From sequence record SRR22947725_186: a stretch of 37,971 nt of DNA, one strand, 5' to 3'. This document shows positions 26,168 through 37,970 of this stretch, in pieces. The first letter of the stretch is position 1. Every line of letters starts with the position of its first letter. Made by a program: the position numbers and the translations under genes. The notes below the pieces were generated by a model that saw nothing but the letters and a program-made list of their open reading frames with translations, was not told the origin of the DNA and searched no databases.

Positions 26168-27469
26168 ATGAGTAATATAGTTGCAATAGTTGGTAGACCT
26201 AATGTAGGTAAATCTACATTCTTTAACAGACTTGTTCAAAGACGAGAAGCAATAGTAGATGCTATAAGTGGAGTAACTAGAGATAGGCACTATGGTAAAA
26301 GTGATTGGAACGGAAAAGAATTTTCTTTGATTGATACTGGAGGCTATGTAGTCGGTAGTGATGATGTGTTTGAGAGCGAAATTGATAAACAAGTGGAGTT
26401 AGCAATTGATGAAGCAGATGCTATCATTTTTATGGTTGATGTAGAGTCAGGTGTGACCTCTATGGATGAAGAAGTAGCAAAACTTCTTAGAAAAGTTAAT
26501 AAGCCTGTCTTTCTTGTTGTAAACAAGGTAGATAACTCAACTAGATCTAATAATGCTGTTGAATTTTATGAGCTTGGATTAGGAGAGTATTACACAATCG
26601 CCAGTATTAATGGTTCTGGTACAGGAGATTTATTAGATGCACTTGTAGAAAATTTTTCTGATGATTCTGAAGAAGTAAATGATTTACCAAGATTTGCGGT
26701 AGTTGGAAGACCAAACGCTGGTAAATCGTCATTTATTAATGCTTTAATTGGAGAAGAAAGATATATTGTTACTGATATAGCAGGAACAACAAGAGACTCA
26801 ATTGATACAAAATATAATAGATTTGGATTTGAATTCAATCTTGTTGATACTGCTGGTATAAGAAGAAAATCTAAAGTTAAAGAAGATCTTGAGTTTTATT
26901 CTGTAATGCGAAGTGTTCGAGCTATCGAGCATTCAGATGTATGCATTTTACTTTTAGATGCTACTAGAGGTTTTGACGGTCAGGTAAGAAATATCTTTTG
27001 GCTTGCAGAAAGAAACAAAAAAGGAATTGTAATTGTAGTTAATAAATGGGATTTAGTAGAAAAAGATAATCAATCATTGAAAGATTACGAGAAGATTATT
27101 CGAAAAGAAACTGAACCGTTCACAGATGTACCAATTGTTTTTATTTCAAGTATAACAAAACAAAGACTTTTTAAGGCAATAGAAACTGCTGTTGAAGTAT
27201 ATAAAAACAGATCTAAAAAGATAAAAACAAGTAAGTTAAATGAAATTCTTTTACCTATAATAAAAAATTATCCACCTCCAGCCTATAAAGCTAAATACGT
27301 AAAAATCAAGTTTATTACACAACTTCCTACCCCTCAACCCCAATTTGCATTTTTTTGTAATCTACCGCAATACATCAAGGAACCTTACAAAAGGTTTATA
27401 GAAAACAAACTTAGAGAGCACTTTCATTTTAATGGTGTACCAATAGATATTTATATGCGAAAGAAATAA
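26168..27469 (+). CDS. der: Ribosome biogenesis GTPase Der (EngA)
   Basis: Two GTPase domains ('GRPNVGKST...GVTRD...DTGG', 'GRPNAGKSS...GTTRD...DTAG') plus a KH-like tail. Confidence 0.98.
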   Translation: MSNIVAIVGRPNVGKSTFFNRLVQRREAIVDAISGVTRDRHYGKSDWNGKEFSLIDTGGYVVGSDDVFESEIDKQVELAIDEADAIIFMVDVESGVTSMDEEVAKLLRKVNKPVFLVVNKVDNSTRSNNAVEFYELGLGEYYTIASINGSGTGDLLDALVENFSDDSEEVNDLPRFAVVGRPNAGKSSFINALIGEERYIVTDIAGTTRDSIDTKYNRFGFEFNLVDTAGIRRKSKVKEDLEFYSVMRSVRAIEHSDVCILLLDATRGFDGQVRNIFWLAERNKKGIVIVVNKWDLVEKDNQSLKDYEKIIRKETEPFTDVPIVFISSITKQRLFKAIETAVEVYKNRSKKIKTSKLNEILLPIIKNYPPPAYKAKYVKIKFITQLPTPQPQFAFFCNLPQYIKEPYKRFIENKLREHFHFNGVPIDIYMRKK

Positions 27470-27471
27470 AA

Positions 27472-27801
27472 TTAAAGTTCATTTTTTATTTTAAGGAGTC
27501 TACTTTTAATTTCATTTAGTTTTTCAATTATTTCAAAACTATTCATAGGTTTTTTTTTAGCTTCCTTAATGTATGTTTTAGCACCCTCAATTGTGAAACC
27601 TTTTTCTTTTAGTAAAAAAAAGATTTGTTTTATGATTATAATATCATCTGAGGTGTATTTTCTTTTGCCATTTGCACTTTTTTTAGGGCTAAGTGTCTTG
27701 AATTCTTTTTCCCAAAAACGTATTAACGAAGCATTTACATCAAAAGCTTTTGCTACTTCTCCAATTGAGTAATATCTTTTTTCAGGAAATTCAACATTCA
27801 T
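27472..27801 (-). CDS. MerR family transcriptional regulator (short form)
   Basis: 'YYSIGEVAKAFDVNASLIRFWEKEF...GKRKY...KGFTIEGA'; start overlaps the M23 stop (TAATG). Confidence 0.9.
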   Translation of the reverse strand: MNVEFPEKRYYSIGEVAKAFDVNASLIRFWEKEFKTLSPKKSANGKRKYTSDDIIIIKQIFFLLKEKGFTIEGAKTYIKEAKKKPMNSFEIIEKLNEIKSRLLKIKNEL

Positions 27802-28772
27802 TAGTCTAAGGATTGATTAACTAATGATGTTTGTTTAAGTAATTCATCAAATTCCTTGGCAGTTAAATTACCGTAATAAAAATTAACAGGATTGATTCTT
27901 CCATTGTCTTTAAAGACTTCATAATGAAGATGAGGTGCTTGAGATCTACCCGAGCTACCTACATAGCCAATTAAATCACCACGTTTAACTTTTTGCCACT
28001 TCTTGACATTGTATTTGTATAAGTGTGCATATAGGCTTGTATATCCATAGCCGTGATCAATTCTAATATGTTTTCCGTATCCAGTAGATCGGCTATCGAC
28101 TCTTTTTACTACACCATCACCTGTTGCATATACTGGAGTTCCTCGTGGGGCAGTAAAATCCATACCATAATGGAATTTTTTTACTTTAGTAAAAGGATCA
28201 GTTCGGGTTCCATATCCAGATGCTATCCTAGTTAAATCATCATTATTAACGGGCTGGATTGCAGGAATTGCCTGTAGAAATTTTTCTTTTTCTAGGGCTA
28301 ATTTGGTTATTTCATCAAGGGATTTAGACTGAACAATTATCCTCTTTTGTAAAACATCTATATTTCTGTTGCTTTCTTTTATTAAATCTGAATAATCATA
28401 TCCATCATATTTTTTATATCTATTTACACCCCCAAAACCTGCTTTTCTTTTATCTTCTGAAATAGGACTAGATTCAAAATAAATTCTATATATAGCATTG
28501 TCCCTTTCCTCAATATTAGATAACACCTTTTGAGCATCTTCAATTTTTTTGTTTAGGATATCGTATTGCAATGTTAAATTTTCTAATTCTCTGGTTAGAG
28601 CTTTTTCTTTTGGCGATTCAAAATATGTGCTAGTTAAAAAAATAAAAAACATACTCAAGAAAGCTGACCCAAATAAATAAATTAGTATGTATTGGATTAC
28701 ATCACTTTTTTTTCTCTCTATTTTGCGATAAGAAAGTGATTCAGAGTCGTAATAATATTTTAACTTAGACAT
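27801..28772 (-). CDS. M23 family metallopeptidase (membrane-anchored, coiled coil)
   Basis: 'FHYGMDF', 'GYGKHIRIDHG', 'YAHL', 'APHLHYEV'. Confidence 0.93.
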   Translation of the reverse strand: MSKLKYYYDSESLSYRKIERKKSDVIQYILIYLFGSAFLSMFFIFLTSTYFESPKEKALTRELENLTLQYDILNKKIEDAQKVLSNIEERDNAIYRIYFESSPISEDKRKAGFGGVNRYKKYDGYDYSDLIKESNRNIDVLQKRIIVQSKSLDEITKLALEKEKFLQAIPAIQPVNNDDLTRIASGYGTRTDPFTKVKKFHYGMDFTAPRGTPVYATGDGVVKRVDSRSTGYGKHIRIDHGYGYTSLYAHLYKYNVKKWQKVKRGDLIGYVGSSGRSQAPHLHYEVFKDNGRINPVNFYYGNLTAKEFDELLKQTSLVNQSLD

Positions 28773-28786
28773 GTCTAAAAAAATTA

Positions 28787-28826
28787 TATTTTTGTATTAG
28801 TTTATAACTAACAACCTACAAAGATA
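28787..28826. promoter_or_regulatory. Face-to-face -7 promoter elements for alaS (+) and M23-merR (-)
   Basis: TATTTTTG on + at 28787-28794; TATCTTTG on - at 28819-28826. Confidence 0.55.
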
Positions 28827-28874
28827 TAAATTGTTTTGCACTTTAATAAAATAACGCCTAACCTAGTATAAATA

Positions 28875-31493
28875 ATGGACTCTAATCTTGTAAGAAAACA
28901 CTTCATTGATTTTTTTAAATCTAAGTCTCACCAGGTTAATTCTTCGTCTTCATTGATTGTTAAAAACGATCCTACTTTGATGTTTGTCAATTCAGGAATG
29001 GTTCCTTTCAAGGAATTCTTTTTAGAGAACTCTACATCTAAATACAAAAGAATCACAAACTCACAGAAATGTTTGAGAGTTTCAGGCAAGCACAATGATT
29101 TAGAAGAAGTTGGATACGATACATATCATCATACTTTTTTTGAAATGTTGGGCAATTGGAGTTTTGGAGATTATTTTAAGGAAGAAGCAATTAATTGGGC
29201 ATGGGAATTATTGACAGAGGTTTATAAGATTGATAAAAACGATCTTTATGTTACTGTTTTTGAGGGAACTAAAGATTCAGATAATTTACCCTTAGATAAG
29301 CAAGCTCTCGATATTTGGAAAAAAATTATCCCAGAATCACATATTTTATATGGAAATAAAAATGATAACTTTTGGGAAATGGGAGAGCAAGGACCCTGTG
29401 GTCCTTGTAGTGAAATACATGTAGATATTAGAAATCAAGTAGAAAAAGATAAAACTTCAGCTTTAGAACTTGTAAATAAAGATCATCCTCAGGTTTTAGA
29501 GATATGGAATTTAGTCTTCATGCAGTACAACAGAAAGGCTAGCGGTAAACTAGAAGATTTACCAAATAAACATATTGATACTGGACTCGGTTTAGAGAGA
29601 CTTTGTATGGTATTACAGGGGGTTAGTTCAAATTATGATACAGACCTTTTTACACCAATTATTAAAGAAATAGAATCTTTAACAGCTTTTAAATATGAAG
29701 GAAAATCTTCAAAAACAGATATAGCAATGAGAGTTATCTCTGATCATGTTAGAGCTGTTTCTTTTTCCATTGCAGATGGTAAGTTACCTAGTAATAATGG
29801 TTCTGGATATGTAATTAGAAGAATTTTAAGAAGAGCGGTTAGATACGGCTTTTCATTCCTTGGAACAAAAACTCCGTTTATCTATAAACTAGTGAATATC
29901 TTAAGTCAAAAACTTGGTGATAATTTTCCCGAAATAAATAGCCAAAAACAATTAATTGAAAATGTTATTAAGGAAGAGGAATTATCATTTTTGAGGACCT
30001 TGGACCAGGGTCTTGTTAAATTAGATCAAATTGTTAAATCTTCATCTGACAAAACCATTTCTGGCAAAAAGGCTTTTGAACTTTATGATACCTACGGTTT
30101 TCCGATAGATTTAACCTCTCTAATACTAAGTGAAAAGGATTTACAACTAGATATAAAAGGTTTTAACAAAAAATTACAAATACAAAAAGATAGATCAAAA
30201 TCTGCCAATGAATCTTCATCTGAAGATTGGACAGTTCTAATTGATGACCCGATTCAAGAATTTGTTGGATATGAAATATTAACTACTAAATTAAAAATAG
30301 CTAAATATAGAAAAGTTTATTCTAAAAAAGATGGTGATTTGTTTCACCTAGTATTTAATATTACACCATTTTACGCTGAAGGAGGTGGTCAAGTTGGTGA
30401 TAAAGGACAATTAAAGTCTACTAATGGAGATATTACTTACATTTTAGATACTATAAAAGAAAATAATGTTACAATTCATTTCACGAAAGAACTTCCTAAA
30501 AATATCAATGATTTATTCACTGCAGTTGTTGACTCTAAACTAAGAAAAAGAATTGAATCCAATCACTCGGCTACACATTTATTACATCAGGCTCTAAGGC
30601 AAATACTAGGAAACCATGTCGAGCAAAAGGGTAGTTCAGTACAATCTAAAAACCTTAGGTTTGATTTTTCTCATTATGAAAAAATTTCAGACATACAATT
30701 ATCCATGGTTGAGTCTTTTGTTAACTCAAAAATTGATGACCAAATTTCATTAATTGAAAATCGAGAAGTTCCTATGCAAGATGCAATTGATAATGGAGCG
30801 ATTGCTCTTTTTGGAGAAAAATATGATGATGTTGTTAGAACAATAAAATTTGGTGACTCCGTTGAATTATGTGGTGGTACACATGTAAAAAACACTGCCG
30901 AAATATGGCAATTTAAAATTAAATCGGAAGGTGCTATCGCATCAGGTATTAGAAGAATTGAAGCCATTACTGGTTCTGCAGTTAAAGACTACTATAATCA
31001 ATCAATTATTCAACTTGCAGAAATAAGAAAGTCACTTAATAATACTAAAAATCCTGTTGACTCTCTATTAGAATTGAAAAATGAAAATTTAAAATTAAAA
31101 AAACAATTAGAAGCGCTTTCGAATGATAAATTACATAATTTAAAAGATTCTTTGATTAATGAGTTAAAAAATGTTAATGGAGTTAACTTTTTAGTTAAAA
31201 AAGTAGACCTAGATGTCTCTAATATTAAAAAATTATCTTTTGAATTAGGATCAAAACACAAGAATTTATTTATCATTTTTATGGCAGAAAATAATTCAAA
31301 AGCTAATATTGTTTGCTATATATCTAAACAACTAGTTCAATCCAAAGGTTTTGATGCTAGGGAGGAGATTAAAAAGTTATCTCCATTAATTAATGGTAGT
31401 GGTGGGGGACAAAATTTCTTTGCAACTGCTGGAGGATCTGATACATCTGGTATCGCCGAAGCGTTAAAACAGGCTTCAAAAAGGTTTGATTAA
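28875..31493 (+). CDS. alaS: Alanine--tRNA ligase
   Basis: '[11 protein letters not shown]', '[18 protein letters not shown]', 'GPCGPCSEI', editing motifs 'NHSATHLL' and 'ELCGGTH', C-Ala 'GSGGG'. Confidence 0.98.
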   Translation: MDSNLVRKHFIDFFKSKSHQVNSSSSLIVKNDPTLMFVNSGMVPFKEFFLENSTSKYKRITNSQKCLRVSGKHNDLEEVGYDTYHHTFFEMLGNWSFGDYFKEEAINWAWELLTEVYKIDKNDLYVTVFEGTKDSDNLPLDKQALDIWKKIIPESHILYGNKNDNFWEMGEQGPCGPCSEIHVDIRNQVEKDKTSALELVNKDHPQVLEIWNLVFMQYNRKASGKLEDLPNKHIDTGLGLERLCMVLQGVSSNYDTDLFTPIIKEIESLTAFKYEGKSSKTDIAMRVISDHVRAVSFSIADGKLPSNNGSGYVIRRILRRAVRYGFSFLGTKTPFIYKLVNILSQKLGDNFPEINSQKQLIENVIKEEELSFLRTLDQGLVKLDQIVKSSSDKTISGKKAFELYDTYGFPIDLTSLILSEKDLQLDIKGFNKKLQIQKDRSKSANESSSEDWTVLIDDPIQEFVGYEILTTKLKIAKYRKVYSKKDGDLFHLVFNITPFYAEGGGQVGDKGQLKSTNGDITYILDTIKENNVTIHFTKELPKNINDLFTAVVDSKLRKRIESNHSATHLLHQALRQILGNHVEQKGSSVQSKNLRFDFSHYEKISDIQLSMVESFVNSKIDDQISLIENREVPMQDAIDNGAIALFGEKYDDVVRTIKFGDSVELCGGTHVKNTAEIWQFKIKSEGAIASGIRRIEAITGSAVKDYYNQSIIQLAEIRKSLNNTKNPVDSLLELKNENLKLKKQLEALSNDKLHNLKDSLINELKNVNGVNFLVKKVDLDVSNIKKLSFELGSKHKNLFIIFMAENNSKANIVCYISKQLVQSKGFDAREEIKKLSPLINGSGGGQNFFATAGGSDTSGIAEALKQASKRFD

Positions 31494-31521
31494 ACAATTT
31501 ATTACATAGGTAAAATTTATT

Positions 31522-31905
31522 TTGGTAAAAAAAGGATCTAAATCATATAGTATTTTATACAATAAATGCCCTAAATGCCATCGTGGTAAATTTTGGCACA
31601 AAAATAATCCATATCTAAATATTTTAAAAGATAATAAGCTTACAAATGACCATTGCAACCGTTGTAAATTTAAATACGAAATTGAACCTGGTTTTTGGTT
31701 TGGTGCAATGTACGTTAGTTATGGTATCGCCGTTGTTTTTCTTATAATTTCTGGAGTTTGTCTAGTTAGCCTTTTTAAAGATATAGAAATACTAACAATG
31801 GTTTCAGTTTTGTCTATATTGGTAGTTATTTTAGCTCCCTTAAATCACTTCTTTTCAAGACTAATTTGGATAAATATTTTTGTTGACTATATTGACTCTA
31901 ATTAA
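31522..31905 (+). CDS. DUF983-like membrane protein with zinc ribbon
   Basis: 'CPKC...CNRC...EPGFWFGAMYVSY', two TM helices, 'SRLIWI'; TTG start. Confidence 0.8.
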   Translation: MVKKGSKSYSILYNKCPKCHRGKFWHKNNPYLNILKDNKLTNDHCNRCKFKYEIEPGFWFGAMYVSYGIAVVFLIISGVCLVSLFKDIEILTMVSVLSILVVILAPLNHFFSRLIWINIFVDYIDSN

Positions 31906-31923
31906 CAGTAGATTTTTAATTAC

Positions 31924-32865
31924 ATGAACATTTCAAAAAAATCTTTAGACAAAGTTAAAATTTCAATCTCTGAGCATATCATAAATACACCTATTTTAAC
32001 AAATAAAGAGGTTAATTCAATTTGTGATTCAGAAGTTTTTTTTAAGTGCGAAAATTTTCAAAAATCCGGTTCATTTAAATTCAGAGCTGCTACTAATGCC
32101 ATTTTAAATTTAAATGAAACAGATAAAAAAAGTGGTGTTATTACTCATTCATCCGGTAATTTTGCTCAAGCATTAGCATTAGCTTCAAAAAATCAAAATA
32201 TCACTTCACATATAGTAATGCCTAAAAATGCACCAAAATTCAAAAAAAATGCAGTAATCAAAACTACCGACAATTTAATTGAATGTAAATCAACACTTGA
32301 AGATAGAGAAAAAACTACTACTAAAATTCAAAATAAGTATAACTTAACTTTTATACATCCATCTAATAATTTGGATGTTATTTTAGGTAATTCTACAGTA
32401 GTTTCTGAATTAATTCAAGACCATCCTGATCTAGATTATATACTATGCCCAATAGGTGGAGGTGGTCTTATAGCAGGGTCAGCACTTGCATGTAAAGCTC
32501 ATTCAAATAAATGTGAAATAATTGGAGTAGAGCCACTAAATGTTAATGATGCTTATAAATCCCTAAAATCTAAAAAAATTGAGTATAACCTCAAAACAGA
32601 TACAATTGCAGATGGTTTACGAACTAATTTAGGAGATATAAATTTCCCTATAATATTAAAACATATAAAATCAATTATTTGTGTTAGTGAAGATGAGATT
32701 ATTAATGCAATGAAATTAATTTATAATAAACTAAATATTTTAATAGAACCTTCTAGTGCTGTTACATTTGCAGGTGTGTTAAAAGAAAAAGAAAAATTTA
32801 AGGGAAAGAAAGTTGGAGTTATTCTTTCTGGTGGAAATGTTGACTCTAAAAAATTACCTTTTTAA
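31924..32865 (+). CDS. PLP-dependent serine/threonine dehydratase or serine racemase-like enzyme (fold type II, no regulatory domain)
   Basis: 'FKCENFQKSGSFKFR', 'HSSGNFAQA', 'PIGGGGL', 'TIADGL', 'IEPSSA', 'LSGGNVD'; 313 aa. Confidence 0.88.
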   Translation: MNISKKSLDKVKISISEHIINTPILTNKEVNSICDSEVFFKCENFQKSGSFKFRAATNAILNLNETDKKSGVITHSSGNFAQALALASKNQNITSHIVMPKNAPKFKKNAVIKTTDNLIECKSTLEDREKTTTKIQNKYNLTFIHPSNNLDVILGNSTVVSELIQDHPDLDYILCPIGGGGLIAGSALACKAHSNKCEIIGVEPLNVNDAYKSLKSKKIEYNLKTDTIADGLRTNLGDINFPIILKHIKSIICVSEDEIINAMKLIYNKLNILIEPSSAVTFAGVLKEKEKFKGKKVGVILSGGNVDSKKLPF

Positions 32866-33697
32866 AAATATTTTTCCAAATTAATTTTCGAATGAAGGTC
32901 CCTTCTTTTTTATTAACCAGTCTCTTTTTTGAACAAATGACAGAAACTATGTATCCTATTTTTATAAATATTAGATAAGTTAAACTTCTTAGGTTATATG
33001 CTCTTTTCAATGCGGATAATAAACTTAAAACAATCCCAAACCGCATTTTATACAGTGCTTCTCCTTGTAAATATTTGGCACTTTTATTATAATTTAAGCC
33101 TGTAGGTTTGAGATGCTTTACAATTAGATTTTCATTAGTCACCACCTTCCACTTATTATATTTTGCTAATAAAACATCAACTGTATCCCAACCGATAGAT
33201 TCTTTTAAACCACCAATTTCTTGAAAACATTCTTTTTTGTAAGACTTGATAGGTCCTCTAACATGTTTTTTAGATGAAATATTTTCAAATATCCAATCAT
33301 CATTTTTTTTAACATATAAAACACCCGAAGCCATTCCAACCATAGGGTCTTTTTTATATTCTAATATTATTTTTTCTAGATAATTTTTGGGAAGTATTAT
33401 ATCTGCATCAAATTTACATATTATGTCATAATTAGAGTCCATAGTATTTAAGCCTTGATTAAATGCATTGATTACTTTCTTACCAGGTAGATGCTTATTG
33501 TTTGAATTTATATCAAGCTTACTTATCCAGTCATAATTTTTTAAGTAACTATCAATTTTTGAAGAACTTTGGTCAGTTGAATTATCATTTACAAGAAGTA
33601 ACTTTTTTGCAGCGTGAGATTGTTCAACAATTGATTTTATAGTCGACTCTATATACTTTTCTTCATTGTGAAAAGGAATTATAATATATACATTCAT
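32846..33697 (-). CDS. Glycosyltransferase family 2
   Basis: 'IIIPFHNEE', 'VNDNSTD', DxD motif 'KFDADI', 'IGGL...GWDTVD'. Confidence 0.9.
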   Translation of the reverse strand: MNVYIIIPFHNEEKYIESTIKSIVEQSHAAKKLLLVNDNSTDQSSSKIDSYLKNYDWISKLDINSNNKHLPGKKVINAFNQGLNTMDSNYDIICKFDADIILPKNYLEKIILEYKKDPMVGMASGVLYVKKNDDWIFENISSKKHVRGPIKSYKKECFQEIGGLKESIGWDTVDVLLAKYNKWKVVTNENLIVKHLKPTGLNYNKSAKYLQGEALYKMRFGIVLSLLSALKRAYNLRSLTYLIFIKIGYIVSVICSKKRLVNKKEGTFIRKLIWKNIFKKVIF

Positions 33698-33726
33698 AAC
33701 TTTCTTGTTAAATGTAAACTTGCTAA

Positions 33727-34323
33727 CTATTGAAGCTTTTCAAATTCTTTAGAGTACGTTTCTTCATTATTGGCTCTTTTTTCACTCCAAGATATCTCTT
33801 TAGGTTTTCTTACTGCGTAAACTATATAATATCGTGGAAAAAATAATCTTAAAATTGGTCTAAATCCTATTTTTTTTGTTGGATTAGTCCACTTTTTTTT
33901 AGAGATTACTTCCCAACCTGATTTCTCAAGTAGCCAATCAAATTGCCAATCTTCAAATTCATGATAATGTCTATCCCATTTATCATTAGGATTTTTATAT
34001 GCACTTGAAAACCATAATTTTAATGGTATGCTAGTAATTAATTTATCTGCTTTAATTTCTCTTAATACATTAAAAGGAGCAACTAAATGTTCAAATATTT
34101 CAAATGCTGTTACAGTACTGGCATTTGATTTTTTAACTGTGCTAAACTCTGTATCTAAGTCTTCACCTTGAGTATTAAAAACAGTATAGTTGTTTTTTTT
34201 CATTATTTCAGAAAAAGGATTTGGAATACCCAGATCTAAAATTTCTTCATTAGTGTCAATATACTTTTTTAGAAATTCTAATGTAATTCGATATCTTTTG
34301 TGGGGATAATTATTTTTATACAT
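33727..34323 (-). CDS. Putative class I SAM-dependent methyltransferase-like protein
   Basis: 'ILDLG', 'TAFEIFEHL', 'HYHEF...LLEKSGW'; glycine-rich motif I is degenerate. Start overlaps the fabH stop. Confidence 0.7.
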   Translation of the reverse strand: MYKNNYPHKRYRITLEFLKKYIDTNEEILDLGIPNPFSEIMKKNNYTVFNTQGEDLDTEFSTVKKSNASTVTAFEIFEHLVAPFNVLREIKADKLITSIPLKLWFSSAYKNPNDKWDRHYHEFEDWQFDWLLEKSGWEVISKKKWTNPTKKIGFRPILRLFFPRYYIVYAVRKPKEISWSEKRANNEETYSKEFEKLQ

Positions 34324-35381
34324 TAATATTGATATACGATAGCATTTATATGCATTCCAGCTCCAACACTAGCAAACATTATAAGGTCTCCTTTAGTTAA
34401 ATTATGTGGTTTCAATTTGTCCTTTCTTACAAGATCAAATAATGTAGGTACAGTAGCTACAGAGCTATTACCAAGTTTATGAATATTCATTGGCATTATA
34501 TTTTCAGGAACTTGCATTTTATACAACCTGTAAAATCGCTTTATTATAGCTTCATCCATTTTTTCATTTGCTTGATGAATAAATATTTTTTTTAAATCTT
34601 CAATTTTATAATTGCTCTTGTCCAAGCAACTTTTCATTGCGGCAGGGACATTAGTTAATGCAAATTCATAAATTTTTCTTCCATGCATCTTAATGAATCT
34701 AGAATCATTTCCACTACTGGTATTGTAAGACTCTCCAAAAAATAAATAATAAATTTCATCAGTTGTATAAGATGCAGATTCATGAGAAATTATTCCCAAA
34801 CCATCTTTTGAAGACTCTAATATAGTAGCACCTGCTCCATCTGCATAAATCATTGAATCTCTATCAAATTTGTCAACTACTCTTGAAAGAGTTTCTGAAC
34901 CTATTACTAAGCATTTTTTTGCTATACCAGATTTTATAAAACTATTGGCTTGGATAACTCCTTCGACCCATCCTGGACACCCAAACAAGATATCATAGGC
35001 TACACATTTTGGATTTTTAATTTTTAATAAATGTTTTACTCTAGCTGCTAGACATGGTAACATATCACTTTGATCTGATGTTGGTTTAACATCACCAAAA
35101 TTATGAGCAACTATTATATAATCAATAGATTCTTTATCAATATTAGCATCTTCAATTGCTTTTTCAGCTGCTAAATAACCAAGATCAGATGAGTTTAAAT
35201 TATCATTTGCATATCTTCTTTCTTTGACGCCTGTGATTTCTTTTAGTTTATTTATTACACTACCTATCTCAGATTCAACCTTAGACCCATCTACATTATA
35301 AAATATATGGTTGCTAAAATCCTCATTTTTTTTTAAAACATTAGGTATATAGCTTCCAGTACCTGTAATTTTTACATTCAT
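34323..35381 (-). CDS. fabH: 3-oxoacyl-ACP synthase III family protein
   Basis: 'ITGTGSYIP', catalytic triad 'FGCPG', 'HQAN', 'LGNSS'; 'ADGAGA'; 'ASVGAGM'. Confidence 0.92.
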   Translation of the reverse strand: MNVKITGTGSYIPNVLKKNEDFSNHIFYNVDGSKVESEIGSVINKLKEITGVKERRYANDNLNSSDLGYLAAEKAIEDANIDKESIDYIIVAHNFGDVKPTSDQSDMLPCLAARVKHLLKIKNPKCVAYDILFGCPGWVEGVIQANSFIKSGIAKKCLVIGSETLSRVVDKFDRDSMIYADGAGATILESSKDGLGIISHESASYTTDEIYYLFFGESYNTSSGNDSRFIKMHGRKIYEFALTNVPAAMKSCLDKSNYKIEDLKKIFIHQANEKMDEAIIKRFYRLYKMQVPENIMPMNIHKLGNSSVATVPTLFDLVRKDKLKPHNLTKGDLIMFASVGAGMHINAIVYQY

Positions 35382-35447
35382 AAAATAATTTTGAAATAGT
35401 ATTAAAAATTAATTTAAAATACAATCTAAGTATTTTTTTTGAAATAA

Positions 35448-37970
35448 TTACTCTGTATAAGATTCTATTGGGGCGCAACTACAAATCAAGTTTCTATCTC
35501 CGTATGCATCATCAACTCTTCTAACAGAAGCCCAAAACTTATTTTCTTTAGTGAAGTCTAAAGGGTAGGCAGCTTGACTTCTAGAATAACCAAAGTTCCA
35601 TTTATCTGCTGTTACCATCTTCAAAGTGTGAGGTGAGTTTTTTAATATATTATTTGATTCATCTACATTACAGCTATCAATTTCTTTTCTAATTTCTAAC
35701 ATTGCATTACAAAATCGATCAAGCTCATCTTTACTTTCACTTTCTGTAGGTTCTATCATCATAGTTCCGGCTACGGGAAAAGAGACTGTTGGTGCATGAA
35801 ACCCATAATCCATTAATCTTTTGGCTATATCTGTAACCTCAATTCCATTTAATTTGAATGGCCTACAGTCAATAATCATTTCATGTGCAGCTCTACCATT
35901 TTTGCCAGAATATAAAACTTCATATTTACCAGATAGTCTTTCTTTTATATAGTTAGCATTTAAAATAGCCATCTTTGTCGAATTTGTAAGTCCGCTACTT
36001 CCTAACATTTTAATGTACCCATAAGAAATTAGACATGCTAAAGCTGATCCAAAAGGAGCAGAGGATATTGAATTTATAGCTTTTTCTCCACCAGTCTTTA
36101 TTATCGGGTTTGAAGGTAAAAAAGGAGCTAGTTGTTTCGCAACACATATAGGTCCAACTCCAGGTCCACCACCTCCGTGAGGTATGGCAAATGTCTTATG
36201 AAGATTAAGGTGGCAAACATCTGCTCCAATAGTTGCAGGGTTAGTTAAACCAACTTGTGCGTTCATGTTAGCACCGTCCATGTAAACTTGTCCACCATTA
36301 TCATGAATAATAGTTGTTATTTCAACTATGTCTGCTTCAAAAACTCCATGTGTAGAAGGGTAAGTGATCATAAGAGCAGCTAAGTTATCTTTATGTTCTA
36401 TGGCTTTAGCTTTTAAGTCTTCAATATCTATATTACCGTCTTCTGACGCTTTGGTTACAATAACCTTCATACCTGCCATTACAGCACTAGCAGGATTAGT
36501 TCCATGTGCTGAAGAGGGTATAAGACATATATTTCTGTTTTGATCACCGTTATCTTCATGATATGCTCTTATAACCATCAATCCGGCAAATTCTCCTTGA
36601 GCTCCAGAATTTGGTTGTAATGAGGTCGCAGCAAACCCTGTAATTGTAGTCAATTGATTTTCTAGCTTTTTTAAGATATATTCATAACCTTTTGCTTGAA
36701 ATTTTGGTGCAAATGGATGAATGTTTATCCATCTATTCCAACTCAATGGAAGCATTTCTACAGCTGCATTTAATTTCATTGTACAAGAACCTAATGGTAT
36801 CATTGAATGGGTTAATGAAAGGTCTTTTCTTTCTAAAGATTTGATATATCTCATTAATTCAGATTCCGAATGGTACTTACTAAAAACACTGTTAGTTAAA
36901 AATTCTGTTTTCCTAATTAATGCCTTAGGAATATTTGTGTTTTCACTTATAACTAAAATTTTATCTGTACTACATTTTAGGGCAGTAGAAAAAATTGAAA
37001 CTATAGTGTTTAAATCTTCAATTGAAGTTGTTTCATTAATGCTTATAGAAACTGTATTTTTATCTGGATAATAAAAATTTACTTCTTTTAAGTTAGCTTC
37101 GTTTTTAATTTTTTCAATGTCAATACTTATTCGAATAGTATCAAAGAAATTACTATTTAACTGTTTTAACCCTAGTGAGGTTAGCTTTTCAGCTAGAACA
37201 CAAGTACTATTATGAATTTTTTTAGCAATATTTTTTAGTCCTTCTGGACCATGATATACCGCATACATGCCTGCCATAACCGCCAGTAAGACTTGCGAAG
37301 TACATATATTGGATGTGGCTTTATCTCTTTTTATATGTTGCTCTCTAGTTTGTAGAGCCATTCTAAGGGCTCTATTCCCATCTACATCTAAAGTTACTCC
37401 AATTATTCTACCAGGAATATTTCTTTTATATTCTTTTTTAGTGGCAAAGTAAGCAGCATGAGGACCTCCATAGCCTAATGGAATACCAAACCTTTGAGTG
37501 GTCCCAACCACAACATCAGCTCCAAAACTGCCTGGGGATTCCAAAAGAGTTAAACTTAAAATATCTGCTGCAACAGCTATTTTAATATTGTTATCGTTAC
37601 AGTTTTTTATAAATGAAAAACTGTCACCTATACTCCCATCGGCGCATGGATATTGAATGAATGCTCCAAAAAACTCATCAGAGTTAAAATTAAATTTGTT
37701 TTCATCTTCTAATATCAATTCAATTCCAAGTGGAGTAGACCTTGTTCTTAATAAAGATAGTGTTTGAGGGAATATATTTTTAGAAACAAAATATTTGTTA
37801 ATCTTATTTTTTTTCTGGTTTCTAGATCTAACTGCAAACAACATAGTCATTGCCTCTGCAGCGGCAGTACTTTCATCTAACAAAGACGCATTTGCTAACT
37901 CCATACCTGTTAAATCAGAGATGACAGTTTGAAAATTTAACAAAGCCTCTAACCTTCCTTGAGCTATTTC
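35448..37970 (-). CDS. gcvP: Glycine dehydrogenase (decarboxylating), glycine cleavage P protein; 5' end lies outside the window
   Basis: Frame is open to the window edge ([14 protein letters not shown]); 'ANASLLDE', '[16 protein letters not shown]', '[12 protein letters not shown]', '[18 protein letters not shown]', 'MIEPTESE'. Confidence 0.97.
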   Translation of the reverse strand, partial: EIAQGRLEALLNFQTVISDLTGMELANASLLDESTAAAEAMTMLFAVRSRNQKKNKINKYFVSKNIFPQTLSLLRTRSTPLGIELILEDENKFNFNSDEFFGAFIQYPCADGSIGDSFSFIKNCNDNNIKIAVAADILSLTLLESPGSFGADVVVGTTQRFGIPLGYGGPHAAYFATKKEYKRNIPGRIIGVTLDVDGNRALRMALQTREQHIKRDKATSNICTSQVLLAVMAGMYAVYHGPEGLKNIAKKIHNSTCVLAEKLTSLGLKQLNSNFFDTIRISIDIEKIKNEANLKEVNFYYPDKNTVSISINETTSIEDLNTIVSIFSTALKCSTDKILVISENTNIPKALIRKTEFLTNSVFSKYHSESELMRYIKSLERKDLSLTHSMIPLGSCTMKLNAAVEMLPLSWNRWINIHPFAPKFQAKGYEYILKKLENQLTTITGFAATSLQPNSGAQGEFAGLMVIRAYHEDNGDQNRNICLIPSSAHGTNPASAVMAGMKVIVTKASEDGNIDIEDLKAKAIEHKDNLAALMITYPSTHGVFEADIVEITTIIHDNGGQVYMDGANMNAQVGLTNPATIGADVCHLNLHKTFAIPHGGGGPGVGPICVAKQLAPFLPSNPIIKTGGEKAINSISSAPFGSALACLISYGYIKMLGSSGLTNSTKMAILNANYIKERLSGKYEVLYSGKNGRAAHEMIIDCRPFKLNGIEVTDIAKRLMDYGFHAPTVSFPVAGTMMIEPTESESKDELDRFCNAMLEIRKEIDSCNVDESNNILKNSPHTLKMVTADKWNFGYSRSQAAYPLDFTKENKFWASVRRVDDAYGDRNLICSCAPIESYTE

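Noticed and set aside
11013..37452. Short antisense or alternative-frame ORFs in the track (e.g. 13879-14313, 15544-15861, 25955-26392, 30674-31276, 36721-37071)
   Set aside because: All lie within or mostly overlap well-supported genes on the opposite strand, have Ser/Ile/Phe-rich shadow composition and show no motifs.
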